Source of the DNA: Candidatus Heimdallarchaeota archaeon
GTDB lineage: Archaea > Asgardarchaeota > Heimdallarchaeia > Hodarchaeales > Hodarchaeaceae
Length of the DNA stretch: 64,000 nt
Assembly: GCA_048881705.1 (NCBI GenBank)
Contig: JBHLSH010000007.1
Location: 13,198 to 77,197, forward strand
Direction of reading: 5' to 3'
Shown: piece after piece, positions 27,576 to 37,853 of the stretch
Position numbering within the stretch: the first letter of the stretch is position 1
How the letters are laid out: every line of letters starts with the position of its first letter
The notes under the pieces: generated by a model
Databases searched by the model: none
Seen by the model: the letters and a program-made list of their open reading frames with translations, nothing else
Told to the model about the DNA's origin: nothing
Program-made: the position numbers and the translations under genes

Positions 27576-27866
27576 GCGAATCCTTCTCCTATCAACGGAT
27601 TGTACAACTTCATTTTTGGTCCTTGATAAATGCTTGTTTCATCGGTTCTTTCGAAAACACAAAATCCCTAAAGGGAGGGGAAAAATACAGAGAAAGCCAA
27701 TCTAGTTTGTATTGTCTCCACTCTAGTGATTCAATTTATCATGCCAAGCTGGTCTCTTGCAAGTAGAGAGTGTAGATTAAACCAAGAAATCAGATTAATT
27801 CCCTTTCATTATTTTTCAACATTAATATAACTAGGTAGGTTTTTACCCTCCATCAGCCAAAGGTAC

Positions 27867-28631
27867 GTGAAAAGCTTGCATCTGTCAGCGGAGATTATCA
27901 AAAAGCTCGTTTTCTATAACGGAAGGAACCACTATATTGATAAGGACAGAGTATTTAAGTTTGAAATGGCAGCCGTAATCAATCGTTATTATTCGGGGCG
28001 TCAAATCGATAGTACGACCTTAATTGAAGATTTAGGTCCCATTCAGTTGGATTTTACGGACGTTCACCCTTGGGCACCCCAAATCCCAGATATAAATGAG
28101 AAGAGTGCCAGATTGTTTACACTATGGGCCGAAGATGGCGAAACAAAAGATGTTGTCCTAATCCTTAGAGGAATCTACGTTCTTCTTCCGTTTAAATGGG
28201 GCGAAAACACATTGCTTGATTACTATGAATTTGTCGAGGATATCCCATATTATCCAATAGCTGTCATTTCTTCATTTCGGACTACTTTTCGTGATGAAAT
28301 TATGATCCTCAGACTGGTAGATCGTGTTAAGGAAGAAATAGAACTAGTTTGGAGGGATTTACGTCAATCTGTCATTGATCGATTAGAAAAGGGTTCCGAA
28401 CTGTGGAAACGATATGTTTTATGTTTTGAAAAAATCATACATTTTTCGTTTCTCTGTCCTTCAATTGATCGTGAATTAATAGACGCATTACGAATGAAGA
28501 ATTACCGAACGACAGGGGTTATGCAACTCTTGGCCTCTCCGGAACTGTCCTATGATCAAGCTATGATTAACTCGCATCTTACTGAAGCAAAGGCTCTTAT
28601 ATCACAGACCGAGGATAATAAGAATTCTTAA
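27867..28631 (+). CDS. 254-aa hypothetical protein
   Basis: Long protein-like ORF on the strand opposite to its two AMP phosphorylase neighbours. No family recognised. Confidence 0.75.
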   Translation: MKSLHLSAEIIKKLVFYNGRNHYIDKDRVFKFEMAAVINRYYSGRQIDSTTLIEDLGPIQLDFTDVHPWAPQIPDINEKSARLFTLWAEDGETKDVVLILRGIYVLLPFKWGENTLLDYYEFVEDIPYYPIAVISSFRTTFRDEIMILRLVDRVKEEIELVWRDLRQSVIDRLEKGSELWKRYVLCFEKIIHFSFLCPSIDRELIDALRMKNYRTTGVMQLLASPELSYDQAMINSHLTEAKALISQTEDNKNS

Positions 28632-28681
28632 CAGGATAGGAAAAACCGTCTTTAAATTCATAAAGAATGATACTAGCCTTG

Positions 28682-30259
28682 CTAAACACGTCCTAGAAGC
28701 ATGCCTTCTATTGTAAGTGGATTTAGCTTGGCAAACTTGCCTTCAGCCGCCGTCAATCGTTTTTCGGAGTTACTCCAGATCCTTAGCATGGGTTCCCCCT
28801 GTTTTACCGCATCTTTCTTTTTTATAAACTCCAAACCTGCTCCATGGTCACGAGGACATCCCGCGGTCTTGGCAATCTCGGAAATCTTTGCGTTATCTAT
28901 ATGAACTATCCAACCTGAGCTAGGCGCAAATATTTCACACGAGTATGCTCCTATAGGGATATCACTAGGTTTAAGGTTTTTATTCCCTCCTTGAGCTTCC
29001 ATGATTGCTTGAAATTTTGCATAAGCTTGACCATTGGCTAGGATTTCTTTTGCCAGTTCGCGTCCCTGTCCTCGGAGGGCCTTTCCTGCCATTTCCAATA
29101 ATATACCCGCGATTTCGCTGGACTTTTCAATCAAGCTTGAAGGAGATCGCGCAGGGTCTTTCAAGGCCAAAAGAGCCTCTCTCGCTTCGAGTGCTGGTCC
29201 AACTGCATGACCAACAGGGTTCCCTCCAAACGTAATCCCGCTTTCAACCCTTATACCAAGGCGCCTGCCTAGCTCCGCGAATTCTCGGCCCAGTGCTTGA
29301 GCGGTACCCATGTCTCCTATCTTGGCTCCAAATCCAGTTGGAATATCCATTGCGAGAAAATGGATTCCAGTTGCGAGTTTTTTAGACATGATACTCGCTA
29401 GCATCATCGGAGTCGGATTAACTCCGAGTGGAAACTCTACATCTTTAATCAATATATCGTCAACTGGGGCCAGTTTAAATCCTCCACCCCAAACAATCAT
29501 TCCACGGACCTTGCGTGAAATCTCAACAAGCTCTTCTGATGTGAATGTCACATTGCAACCCAAGGCCTCCATGGTGTCTGCGGTGCCACTCGGGCTGGTA
29601 ATCGCCCGGCTGCTGGTTTTGGGAATTAATAGCCCTGCAGCAGCCACAATGGGTACAATAAGAAGAGACACCTTATTTCCTGGAATACCTCCCGTAGAGT
29701 GTTTATCAAACACCGTTTCTTGCCCAAAATCAATGATTTCTCCTGTTTGCGCCATTGCACGCGTTAGTTCTTCGATTTCATCCATGTTAAATGGATCAAA
29801 AAGCTGGGATAAGACGAATGAGGTTTTCTCCAGATCGGAGAACCGATGATTTGCGATATCGTTAACCAATTGTGTGATTTCACCCGGTTTAAACTGGCGC
29901 TTTGTTACCATTCGTTTTCGTAAAATCATATACGAATCGGGCGATGTCCGGCTCATCGGGAAAGCAAAGATGGCGGTGCCTTCAGAAATACCCAAATCCT
30001 GCATCAATTCGGACGATAGCCATATCTGGTCAACTGGAACAATCGAAGATAGTACTATTCGATCAGAAAACACATTAGCTGCTTGAACTTCAGTACTCGT
30101 TGCTAATTGTAATGTAGGATTCTTGAACTTTCCGGTAAAGATTCCTGAGAGAGGATTTAAAATAACCGTTTGCTTGGGCCATACCGATGTTTTGATAGCT
30201 TGAAAAGAGAACTTATTTCCAGGTGTAATTTCATCAGATGGACGTATCATTAGATTCAC
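28682..30259 (-). CDS. AMP phosphorylase (thymidine phosphorylase family), full length
   Basis: DKHSTGGIPGNK, PKTSSRAITSPSGTAD, MLASIMSKK, DIPTG.GAK, VGPALEAREAL, N-terminal extension of about 110 aa. Confidence 0.93.
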   Translation of the reverse strand: MNLMIRPSDEITPGNKFSFQAIKTSVWPKQTVILNPLSGIFTGKFKNPTLQLATSTEVQAANVFSDRIVLSSIVPVDQIWLSSELMQDLGISEGTAIFAFPMSRTSPDSYMILRKRMVTKRQFKPGEITQLVNDIANHRFSDLEKTSFVLSQLFDPFNMDEIEELTRAMAQTGEIIDFGQETVFDKHSTGGIPGNKVSLLIVPIVAAAGLLIPKTSSRAITSPSGTADTMEALGCNVTFTSEELVEISRKVRGMIVWGGGFKLAPVDDILIKDVEFPLGVNPTPMMLASIMSKKLATGIHFLAMDIPTGFGAKIGDMGTAQALGREFAELGRRLGIRVESGITFGGNPVGHAVGPALEAREALLALKDPARSPSSLIEKSSEIAGILLEMAGKALRGQGRELAKEILANGQAYAKFQAIMEAQGGNKNLKPSDIPIGAYSCEIFAPSSGWIVHIDNAKISEIAKTAGCPRDHGAGLEFIKKKDAVKQGEPMLRIWSNSEKRLTAAEGKFAKLNPLTIEGMLLGRV

Positions 30260-30617
30260 TTATTAATTCTCACTAAAAACTGAATTGCCTTCTATCATCC
30301 AATTTAAAACGATTCGGTTCGCTGTATTTATGCCAGAATTTTCACCTTAAAGATCTAGATATATGAGACAGAAGTCTGTTTAGCAAAACATCTGTAAGAT
30401 GGATTGCGACAATTGCCGAAATCCACCTGGATTGATCAAAAAGTAAGCTTTTTACTGATTTCTTGGGCAGAGGCCAACAAAAAACACTTGTTCCATAGCT
30501 AAAATAGGAGGAAATCGGGCTGCATTTGGTATTTCGTTTCAAAACAACCATAAATATTCCAGCTCTTTCGCTGTCTCGTAATTGGTTTTGGCTAATAACT
30601 TAATGTAAGGAGAAATA

Positions 30618-31181
30618 ATGATGACTCAAACGGATAAACTTGAACAAGCAACATTAGGAGGCGGGTGTTTTTGGTGCATTGAAGCGGTTTTTACGGAAGT
30701 GAAAGGAGTAAAACAGGCCATTTCTGGTTATTCCGGCGGTGACTTTGAAGCAACCTATGAAGAAGTTTGTACCGGAACCACTGGTCATGCAGAGGTGGTT
30801 CAAATTACGTTTGATCCGAAAATTATCAGTTTCAGGAAGATCTTGGAGATTTTCTTTTCTGTTCATGATCCTACTCAACTTAATCGCCAAGGTGCAGACA
30901 TTGGTTCACAATATCGATCGGCGATCTTCTATCATACAGATAGCCAAAAAGATATCACTGAGCAGGTACTTAGAGAATTAGGGGCTTCAAATGCATGGGG
31001 AAAACCAATTGTGACTGAGGTAACAGCATTTACACGGTTCTATCGCGCAGAAGAATATCACCAACAATACTATCGAAAGAATCCATTTCAAGGTTACTGC
31101 CAGATGGTGATTTCCCCTAAGGTCATGAAGTTTAGAGAGAAGTTTAATACGTATTTGCTATCGCCAGAGGTATCTCATTAG
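30618..31181 (+). CDS. msrA: Peptide methionine sulfoxide reductase A
   Basis: [42 protein letters not shown]. Confidence 0.98.
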   Translation: MMTQTDKLEQATLGGGCFWCIEAVFTEVKGVKQAISGYSGGDFEATYEEVCTGTTGHAEVVQITFDPKIISFRKILEIFFSVHDPTQLNRQGADIGSQYRSAIFYHTDSQKDITEQVLRELGASNAWGKPIVTEVTAFTRFYRAEEYHQQYYRKNPFQGYCQMVISPKVMKFREKFNTYLLSPEVSH

Positions 31182-31256
31182 CTGAATTTTGTATCAAACT
31201 GAGGTGAGGGAGGAAACCAACGAGATCACGTCTTCTCTATATATTTTTAAAACGTA

Positions 31257-34200
31257 TTATCTTCGAGCCAGAAGAAAACGTCTTCCCAAGATGGCGATCA
31301 GAGTTCCACTTACTGTAATAACAAGGATTATCAGAAGAAGTGCCCCGAGATCCCCAAGAGGAGGTACTTTATCGAAAGTAGATGTTGTAGGAGGAGGAGG
31401 TGGTGGAATGACTTCCTCAAACTGGATCTGCACGGGAGTAACGTAGTTAGCAACCGTGATCCCATCGAATGTGACGATTTTTAGACTCCCTTCCACAAGA
31501 TACTTCAATGGAGCTCGACTACTTGAAAAAATTTCAACTATAGTAAACGGAACAGTGGTTTGAAGCACCCCTTTCCCTGATGGGCTGAAATCAGATCCAT
31601 TTACAAGTGATTTCGATTTATCCTGCCAAAAAAAAGATAATCGCGCCTTCAAGGAGAAAGCTAATGGATCATTCACCAGAATAGTTACATCAGCGTTTAC
31701 GCTATCAACCAAGTTGTCTCCATTCTCATCCTTTTCCACAATTTTGACAGAACCGAACGAGAATGGAGGAACCATGTTGAATCTACTCAAATCATATACG
31801 TTATTCAAAAACATTGGATGATCCGAGATCAATAAGAGTCCTTTATTATCCACAGCAAATAGAGGTACCACCAAGATCACGATCTCGGGTTTTATGTAGA
31901 GATCTTCAGCTTTCTTAAATATACTAAGTAAATAGTAGTAAGGAACTGTGATGCTGACATTGCTTAACCCCTGTTGGTATGATCTGTTTGAGAGGGTCAC
32001 ATTCCCGAGGTATGATTCAAATGAATTAGGTATTTGGGCAAAAAGCCCCACAACCAATCCATATTTCCCGCTTAAGGTGAAGTTAAGATTCAGGTCAATC
32101 TGAACTCCATCATAATCTCCATCATTACCTAGATTAAACGCCCGATCAGAAGCTATTGATTCGAACAGGACAGGAGTAGTAAAATCGAATTGGCTTTTAT
32201 TAAACGGAAAGTTTGGTATCTTATATTCTATTAAATAACTCGTGTTCGTATTCTTGATTGACATATTACCGTAAACGATTCCATCAAAACCCGCCCTCAC
32301 CAAGGTTTCGGCAGTAAAAACAAAAGAAAAATTGTATTTTTCACCTCTGGTCAAAATTCTATAGAATTGATCTGTTACATTTGGGGTGAAATAATCATTC
32401 TTTGAAAATAGATCCAATTCAATTGAATAGTTTTGCGGTCTTTGAATTACGGCAGTCCCATTCACAATCAAGGAATCATAGAGATTGTCAGTGTTGGAAT
32501 CTTCAAATATAACCATAGGAGGCTTTTCGAAAAAAATCTGGACAAAATCCTCATAATCTCGGTAATCAGTGCTTGGTAGAAAGCCCACGTGAAATCCGAA
32601 GTCAAGAAGGGACAAGTTATGAGATTGAAAACGCTGCTGAAGCTTATTCCTGAATAGCAAAGAATAAATACTTGCTGAGTAAATTTCAAGTCCCCCTATA
32701 TATCGTGACTGATACAAATCCTCTGCACTTAATCTAAATGAAACAGTGGATGTCCCAGGAAATACATCTCGTATAAAGGTAATAGTTTTCTTAAAATCGC
32801 CTTGGATTTGTTCATATCCCCAGATCTCAATTTCAAATACAACTGAATCAATAGCTAAAGTGTATATATCCCAATCTACCCTGACGCCAGCATCGGATCC
32901 CACCTCATATCGTGTGGCCTCATACGTGGAGGAAAATCTGACTGGCGTTTTTTCAATCCCTGAAATTTGATAATTTCGGGTAAAGTACGGGGTTTTAAAG
33001 ACGCCTTGATCATTTGGAAGAGAAATCCCTAGATTTGGAAAAAAATAAGGAGCATGCAACAATTTGGTCCTCAAAATCCTCATATCAAAATCGATATATA
33101 CTACATTTGATCCCCGGACAAGAGTCCTATTTTCTTCCCCGTTGTTTATCAGAATCATTGTCTCATCTGGTACGCTATAAGGATGTCCAGTAAAGAAGAA
33201 CGCTGTGGTCTTAATCTTTGATGTAACGGCAAACGTAAACCTTATTGTATCATTTATTATATTTTCGTTGGTGTTTATTGCATAATCGGTTACACTATAC
33301 GTTAGAACCGAATCAAAGGAATTAAGAGCTTGTTTTGATATTCTAGAATATACAGGGATTATGCGCCCGAACCAGGATCCAGTAACACCGAAAACGACGA
33401 TATTACTGTTCTTGGAGAACTGTTGAGCAATAAATTCGATGGTAATATTGGTGATTCCAGGGCGCGAAACAAAAATCGCGCTACCATTAACAGCAAGAAT
33501 ATCATTTTGGTTTTCGTTAAAGATTGGGATAACAACGGAATAACCACCTGGTTTAGAGAAATAAACCTCAAGGTTGACTACGATTTTTTCGGGGCCGCCT
33601 TCTCCATCGATATCCTTTTCTGTAATCGAAAAGGATCTGAGATTATTGGTTAAGGGATCATAGGAGCTATGATCTAGAAAGGGAGTTGAAAAAACCTCAG
33701 AATCATAAAAATATAATAGCGAGAAATCGTCCCTTCCAAACGCCAATTCGTTTATGACGTACGAACCATCAAATCCTGATGATTCCAGCAGTCCGCCAGG
33801 TACAGATATGGTAAGATTCTGGATTCCTTCGCGAAGAGTCAGATTTAGGTAATCCCACATGAACACGTAGCGACCAAAGTAATAATCTGATCTATTCTGG
33901 GCTACTGAATACCAAATGTTGTATTTCCCTGTTTGTAAAACATTAATTTCTATATGAAAAAGCAATTCATCGTTGAGACCATTGGAATCACGATCCATTG
34001 AGTGACTCCATATATTTCCCGTCAAATATGCGGGTTGAAAAGAGAGTAGTTCGCTTCCAGTAGCATTTCGCGCAAAGAGCGAATATTTACCTGGCATATT
34101 CCCTTCAATTCGTATGAAATAGTCTCCTGTACTATGGGCTTCAAACATTACTGCATCTGGAATGGTACCTGAGCTCGTACTCAAATTAAAAATGTTTCCT

Positions 34201-36140
34201 GTCTCATCAGCAAGGTAAAGGTTTAGATTTTTGGTCATATTAAATAATTCTACAAAGTAAACTTGACCTTGTATGACAGGAATTGTGTAAAGATCTTTAT
34301 CCCATTGAAATGCCTCTCCATGAACTACTGTCCCCAAATTCAGTGCCAGGGCCCCTGCTAAAGTATCTCCTGCATCCGTTCCACTATTAGCGTCATTACC
34401 CGCAATATCTACATGAAAGGACAATAACGCATTAAAGTAGTTTTGATTGCCGTCGTTTATCAATAAAATCCCATCAGTGTTGATAGGCGGCCCAGTAACA
34501 TTAACTATTGCTCTAATCCATCCATCCTGTCCTGCATCTATTAAGGATACATTTGCATAGGTTTTTATGCTGTTAGAGGGTGTTACGTTTAAGGAACCAA
34601 ACGTTTGGTTCAAGAAAACGTCGAGCTGGTATTCATACTTCTCACCAGGGCTAAGAACAAGCGGCTGGGAGCTGGGAAATGAAGGAAAGGCATAGACTTC
34701 TTGGACTCCAGATTGAAGGAGCTCGTATGCTGCTTTCGCATCCGCCATGCCTGCTCCTTGCGCAAAAACATGTCTTCCAACATCAGAAGCAGTACTGAGC
34801 AGAGCACTCCTAATTTCGTCGTTCGTTGCGCCAGGTGCCCCGGATTTTAATAGCGCAATGACGCCAGAGATCGCAGGGGCGGCCATAGAGGTTCCGCTAG
34901 AGATTAAATAACCTCCTCCTTTTTCCAAGGACAGAATTCCCCGACCTGGTGCAATTATATCTGGATCGACTGTTCCTACTGAGGACGGCCCTCGACTTGA
35001 AAACAAGCTTACATCATTGTAGATATTAGAGGCTCCTACAGTTACCGTTCTTGACTCAAGACCAGGACTCGAGATAGTGCCTGGCGTAGGCCCGCTGTTT
35101 CCTGCTGCTGCAACTAATATTGTCCCATTTTGCCATGCTGCCTCAGCAGCCACGGAATAGAGTAAAGAAGCATCTCCTCCAAATCCACCTAATGACATGG
35201 ATATTATATCCGCTCCATTAAGAATCGCCCAATCCATTCCCTTAACAATCCAACTGGTAAAGCCCGATCCAAACCTTCCATCGAGTACTTTTGCATTCAT
35301 TAGAGTCGCACCAGGTGCAACACCCTTTAAAAGGCCATTACCGGCCGCAATTCCTGCTACATGTGTGCCGTGGTTGTTATCATCCAAGGGGGACGTATCG
35401 TTCGATCCATCATCATCATAATCAATGAAAGAGGCTTCTAGGATTATCTTGGGATCATATGTTGCATCATCATCATCAAGATCATCTAAATCAGGGTGAT
35501 ACCGATCAATACCCGTATCTAAAATTGCAATGGTAACACCTGATCCGTTTATCCCTAAGTCCTGTAAGTAACGCGCCCCTATAATGCTTTTCGAGGGGTA
35601 AGTAGATACTTTTTCCAGATGAATTGAGTTTGGAGAACGGATATCGGCCTCGGGCATATAGACCAATGTATCCAGAAAAACGCCTGATATTCCTGGAATA
35701 GACTTAATATGGTCGACAGAGTCGAGCGTGGTCTCCACTATCGCCATCGGTAATCTTTGTAAGTACTGAGGGTTAAACTCGGTAAGTAGACTTTTAGTAT
35801 TGCTATTTTTCGATTCTAGGGATAAAATTAGAGTCACTCGGGAAGTTTTCCATAAATCACTCGGGATTTTGGACATCATTTCTCCAAGGGATTTCGGAAG
35901 TGGGTTAATTGCATTTTCAGAACGGAAAAATTTGCTGACAAGAACCTTCTTTTCGTAATCTATATTGCTATAACTCCAATTGTTTGTATCTATGGCTCTT
36001 TCTTTATCTAATGGTATTTTCCTCTCTTTTGATGTATCAGGGAAAATAGAGTCAGGTGAGGTATCGTGAGTAGTAATCAGACTTGTCGAAAAGAAATTCG
36101 AAGAAAAAAACAGCAAGCTTAATATAATGGCGATCCTCAT
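31257..36140 (-). CDS. Large membrane-anchored subtilisin-like (S8) protease with PPC domain and repeated beta-sandwich stalk
   Basis: Signal MRIAIILSLLFF (ATG 36140; ORF track extends to 36278). Catalytic IAILDTGID, HGTHVAG, AAGNSG, SGTSMAAP. PPC-like domain, about 7 repeats with D.D.N...D motifs, poly-Pro linker, C-terminal TM + RR. Confidence 0.93.
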   Translation of the reverse strand: MRIAIILSLLFFSSNFFSTSLITTHDTSPDSIFPDTSKERKIPLDKERAIDTNNWSYSNIDYEKKVLVSKFFRSENAINPLPKSLGEMMSKIPSDLWKTSRVTLILSLESKNSNTKSLLTEFNPQYLQRLPMAIVETTLDSVDHIKSIPGISGVFLDTLVYMPEADIRSPNSIHLEKVSTYPSKSIIGARYLQDLGINGSGVTIAILDTGIDRYHPDLDDLDDDDATYDPKIILEASFIDYDDDGSNDTSPLDDNNHGTHVAGIAAGNGLLKGVAPGATLMNAKVLDGRFGSGFTSWIVKGMDWAILNGADIISMSLGGFGGDASLLYSVAAEAAWQNGTILVAAAGNSGPTPGTISSPGLESRTVTVGASNIYNDVSLFSSRGPSSVGTVDPDIIAPGRGILSLEKGGGYLISSGTSMAAPAISGVIALLKSGAPGATNDEIRSALLSTASDVGRHVFAQGAGMADAKAAYELLQSGVQEVYAFPSFPSSQPLVLSPGEKYEYQLDVFLNQTFGSLNVTPSNSIKTYANVSLIDAGQDGWIRAIVNVTGPPINTDGILLINDGNQNYFNALLSFHVDIAGNDANSGTDAGDTLAGALALNLGTVVHGEAFQWDKDLYTIPVIQGQVYFVELFNMTKNLNLYLADETGNIFNLSTSSGTIPDAVMFEAHSTGDYFIRIEGNMPGKYSLFARNATGSELLSFQPAYLTGNIWSHSMDRDSNGLNDELLFHIEINVLQTGKYNIWYSVAQNRSDYYFGRYVFMWDYLNLTLREGIQNLTISVPGGLLESSGFDGSYVINELAFGRDDFSLLYFYDSEVFSTPFLDHSSYDPLTNNLRSFSITEKDIDGEGGPEKIVVNLEVYFSKPGGYSVVIPIFNENQNDILAVNGSAIFVSRPGITNITIEFIAQQFSKNSNIVVFGVTGSWFGRIIPVYSRISKQALNSFDSVLTYSVTDYAINTNENIINDTIRFTFAVTSKIKTTAFFFTGHPYSVPDETMILINNGEENRTLVRGSNVVYIDFDMRILRTKLLHAPYFFPNLGISLPNDQGVFKTPYFTRNYQISGIEKTPVRFSSTYEATRYEVGSDAGVRVDWDIYTLAIDSVVFEIEIWGYEQIQGDFKKTITFIRDVFPGTSTVSFRLSAEDLYQSRYIGGLEIYSASIYSLLFRNKLQQRFQSHNLSLLDFGFHVGFLPSTDYRDYEDFVQIFFEKPPMVIFEDSNTDNLYDSLIVNGTAVIQRPQNYSIELDLFSKNDYFTPNVTDQFYRILTRGEKYNFSFVFTAETLVRAGFDGIVYGNMSIKNTNTSYLIEYKIPNFPFNKSQFDFTTPVLFESIASDRAFNLGNDGDYDGVQIDLNLNFTLSGKYGLVVGLFAQIPNSFESYLGNVTLSNRSYQQGLSNVSITVPYYYLLSIFKKAEDLYIKPEIVILVVPLFAVDNKGLLLISDHPMFLNNVYDLSRFNMVPPFSFGSVKIVEKDENGDNLVDSVNADVTILVNDPLAFSLKARLSFFWQDKSKSLVNGSDFSPSGKGVLQTTVPFTIVEIFSSSRAPLKYLVEGSLKIVTFDGITVANYVTPVQIQFEEVIPPPPPPTTSTFDKVPPLGDLGALLLIILVITVSGTLIAILGRRFLLARR

Positions 36141-36313
36141 CCCTTTGAACGAATAATCCAAAAAGCAGTCCTTCCTGTTTATATTTGGAATATTGAGACC
36201 TAGCCCAAGGGGTTTGTTAAAAAGGTTTAGAATTTTTCTAGAAAATAGAAAGATTGAATAAAACTCATATGTATTCATTGATATTATTTATTAATCTAAA
36301 AAACGTGATCAAT

Positions 36314-37426
36314 TTGAGAACCAGCAAAAAGTCCAACATACTTCAAGTCTTCTTCGTAATAATTCTTTTAGGAATCGTGTCTGGTACAAAGGTAGCGGCA
36401 TTTACGCTTGAGGATTTTTGGGAAGAGGATGCTAAACTCAATTATGCTGTTAGAACAACGGGAGATTACGAAGATGAGTTCTTTGATAATGAATACAGGC
36501 TTGAAGGCACCTATGTCTATGATGGCAAAAATGAAGAGGGAAAAGTTACGTTCAACATTAGTGAATCTAATGTCTTCGTTGAAGATGCCACCGTACTCGG
36601 ATTGGGGTTCTTTGTCCGAATTGGGTATCCTTTACAAGCCGGTGATTCAATAGAATACTTTTTTGAGGTAGCTCCCCTAACTACCGAGGGACCTATATCA
36701 ATTGATTTCTTTATCTTTACCAAAGAAGAGTATTCACTATGGGAAAATCCTGCAACCCATCTTCAGGCTCAAGCAGTGTATACATCAAGCTCATCTTTTA
36801 CTGATGAGGATGTGTTCAATGCCACTATTTCGGAAACATATTATCTTGTGTGGCATAATGACCAAGAAACTAATGCAGATTCAGTCTATATTCACTTTGT
36901 GTTGGACGCGGATATATCCAGGCATCCTAACGTGGGAACTATAACGATAGATCCGATTACCCTTGAAACAGAAGAAGGATCCAAGATAGATGAATTTGCC
37001 ATGGATACTACGGGATGGAAGATGGGAGATAAAGTCACAATCGAGATCAATGACAGACCCGTTGATTTTACAATTGTTGATGAGGAAGAATTACCTCTAC
37101 CAATTAATAATGTGTCTGAAAATATCCCTACGTGGGTTCTCGAAAAAATCGGTTATGAACGAACGTATTTAGAACAAGAAACCATTACTATTAATGCAGA
37201 TTATAAGATTTGGAAAAGTAAACATTCTGGAACGACGTTGCAAAGTACAGAGGACATAGACCTATATGATAACAACTCGACACTGGTAACGACATCGTTC
37301 AGTAAATTTGCAATAACAAGCATTGAAAATGTAACAATTAAACCTAGAATAACGAATTTTTACCTATTTCCGATTGCTGCGGGTATTATGGTCTTGATAG
37401 CGTACAGAAAATCAAAGAAGGACTAG
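36314..37426 (+). CDS. Secreted single-pass membrane protein with GOLD/emp24-like beta-sandwich
   Basis: Hydrophobic signal. L.AGDSIEYFFEV...GP.SIDFFIF...Y..W...F.A..S.TYYLVWHN pattern. C-terminal TM + RKSKKD. Start uncertain (ORF track 36254; TTG 36314 chosen). Confidence 0.65.
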   Translation: MRTSKKSNILQVFFVIILLGIVSGTKVAAFTLEDFWEEDAKLNYAVRTTGDYEDEFFDNEYRLEGTYVYDGKNEEGKVTFNISESNVFVEDATVLGLGFFVRIGYPLQAGDSIEYFFEVAPLTTEGPISIDFFIFTKEEYSLWENPATHLQAQAVYTSSSSFTDEDVFNATISETYYLVWHNDQETNADSVYIHFVLDADISRHPNVGTITIDPITLETEEGSKIDEFAMDTTGWKMGDKVTIEINDRPVDFTIVDEEELPLPINNVSENIPTWVLEKIGYERTYLEQETITINADYKIWKSKHSGTTLQSTEDIDLYDNNSTLVTTSFSKFAITSIENVTIKPRITNFYLFPIAAGIMVLIAYRKSKKD

Positions 37427-37853
37427 ATATTTTAGTTGGCTTCAGGATTACCGCATTTTTTTTTCTACTGCGGTAGATTGTCCTCTTGGTGCCATTCGGA
37501 TTTCTTGGCTCGTCGGGTTTTATTGTCTAATAGGACGAGTAGGATTGGGTACAGAACCAGATTTAGGCCAAAAAAGCAACTTACCTTAAAATGGCTCAGT
37601 ATGAACCCCACCTTCCAATACTGCCAGACAAAAACCCTAAACCTGCACCAGGAGACCGACCTAAAAATTCAACCCAAAGCGATGCCCAGATCTGGAAAAA
37701 CATTCATAAAATAGTTTAAATCTCGGTATTCATGATCTTATGTTTACAATTCAGCAGCTTGAATGATATAACGCTTTTTGGGACGTATCAAAAAGGAAAT
37801 TTTTTATATTTTACCTCTTCACCGGATTTATTGGGTAAACAGGGTGTTAACCA

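Noticed and set aside
35400-35490. (CAT)n-like short tandem repeats and (GGA/GGT)n at ~31388-31407
   Set aside because: Explained by the Asp-rich loop and poly-Pro linker of the subtilase; not an array or contingency locus.
37430-37710. Minus-strand frame with in-frame TGA after 12 codons (possible selenocysteine/readthrough) and plus-strand ORFs 37436-37714 and 37732-37914
   Set aside because: There is no redox motif, selenoprotein family or SECIS-like element, and the plus-strand ORFs look non-coding.
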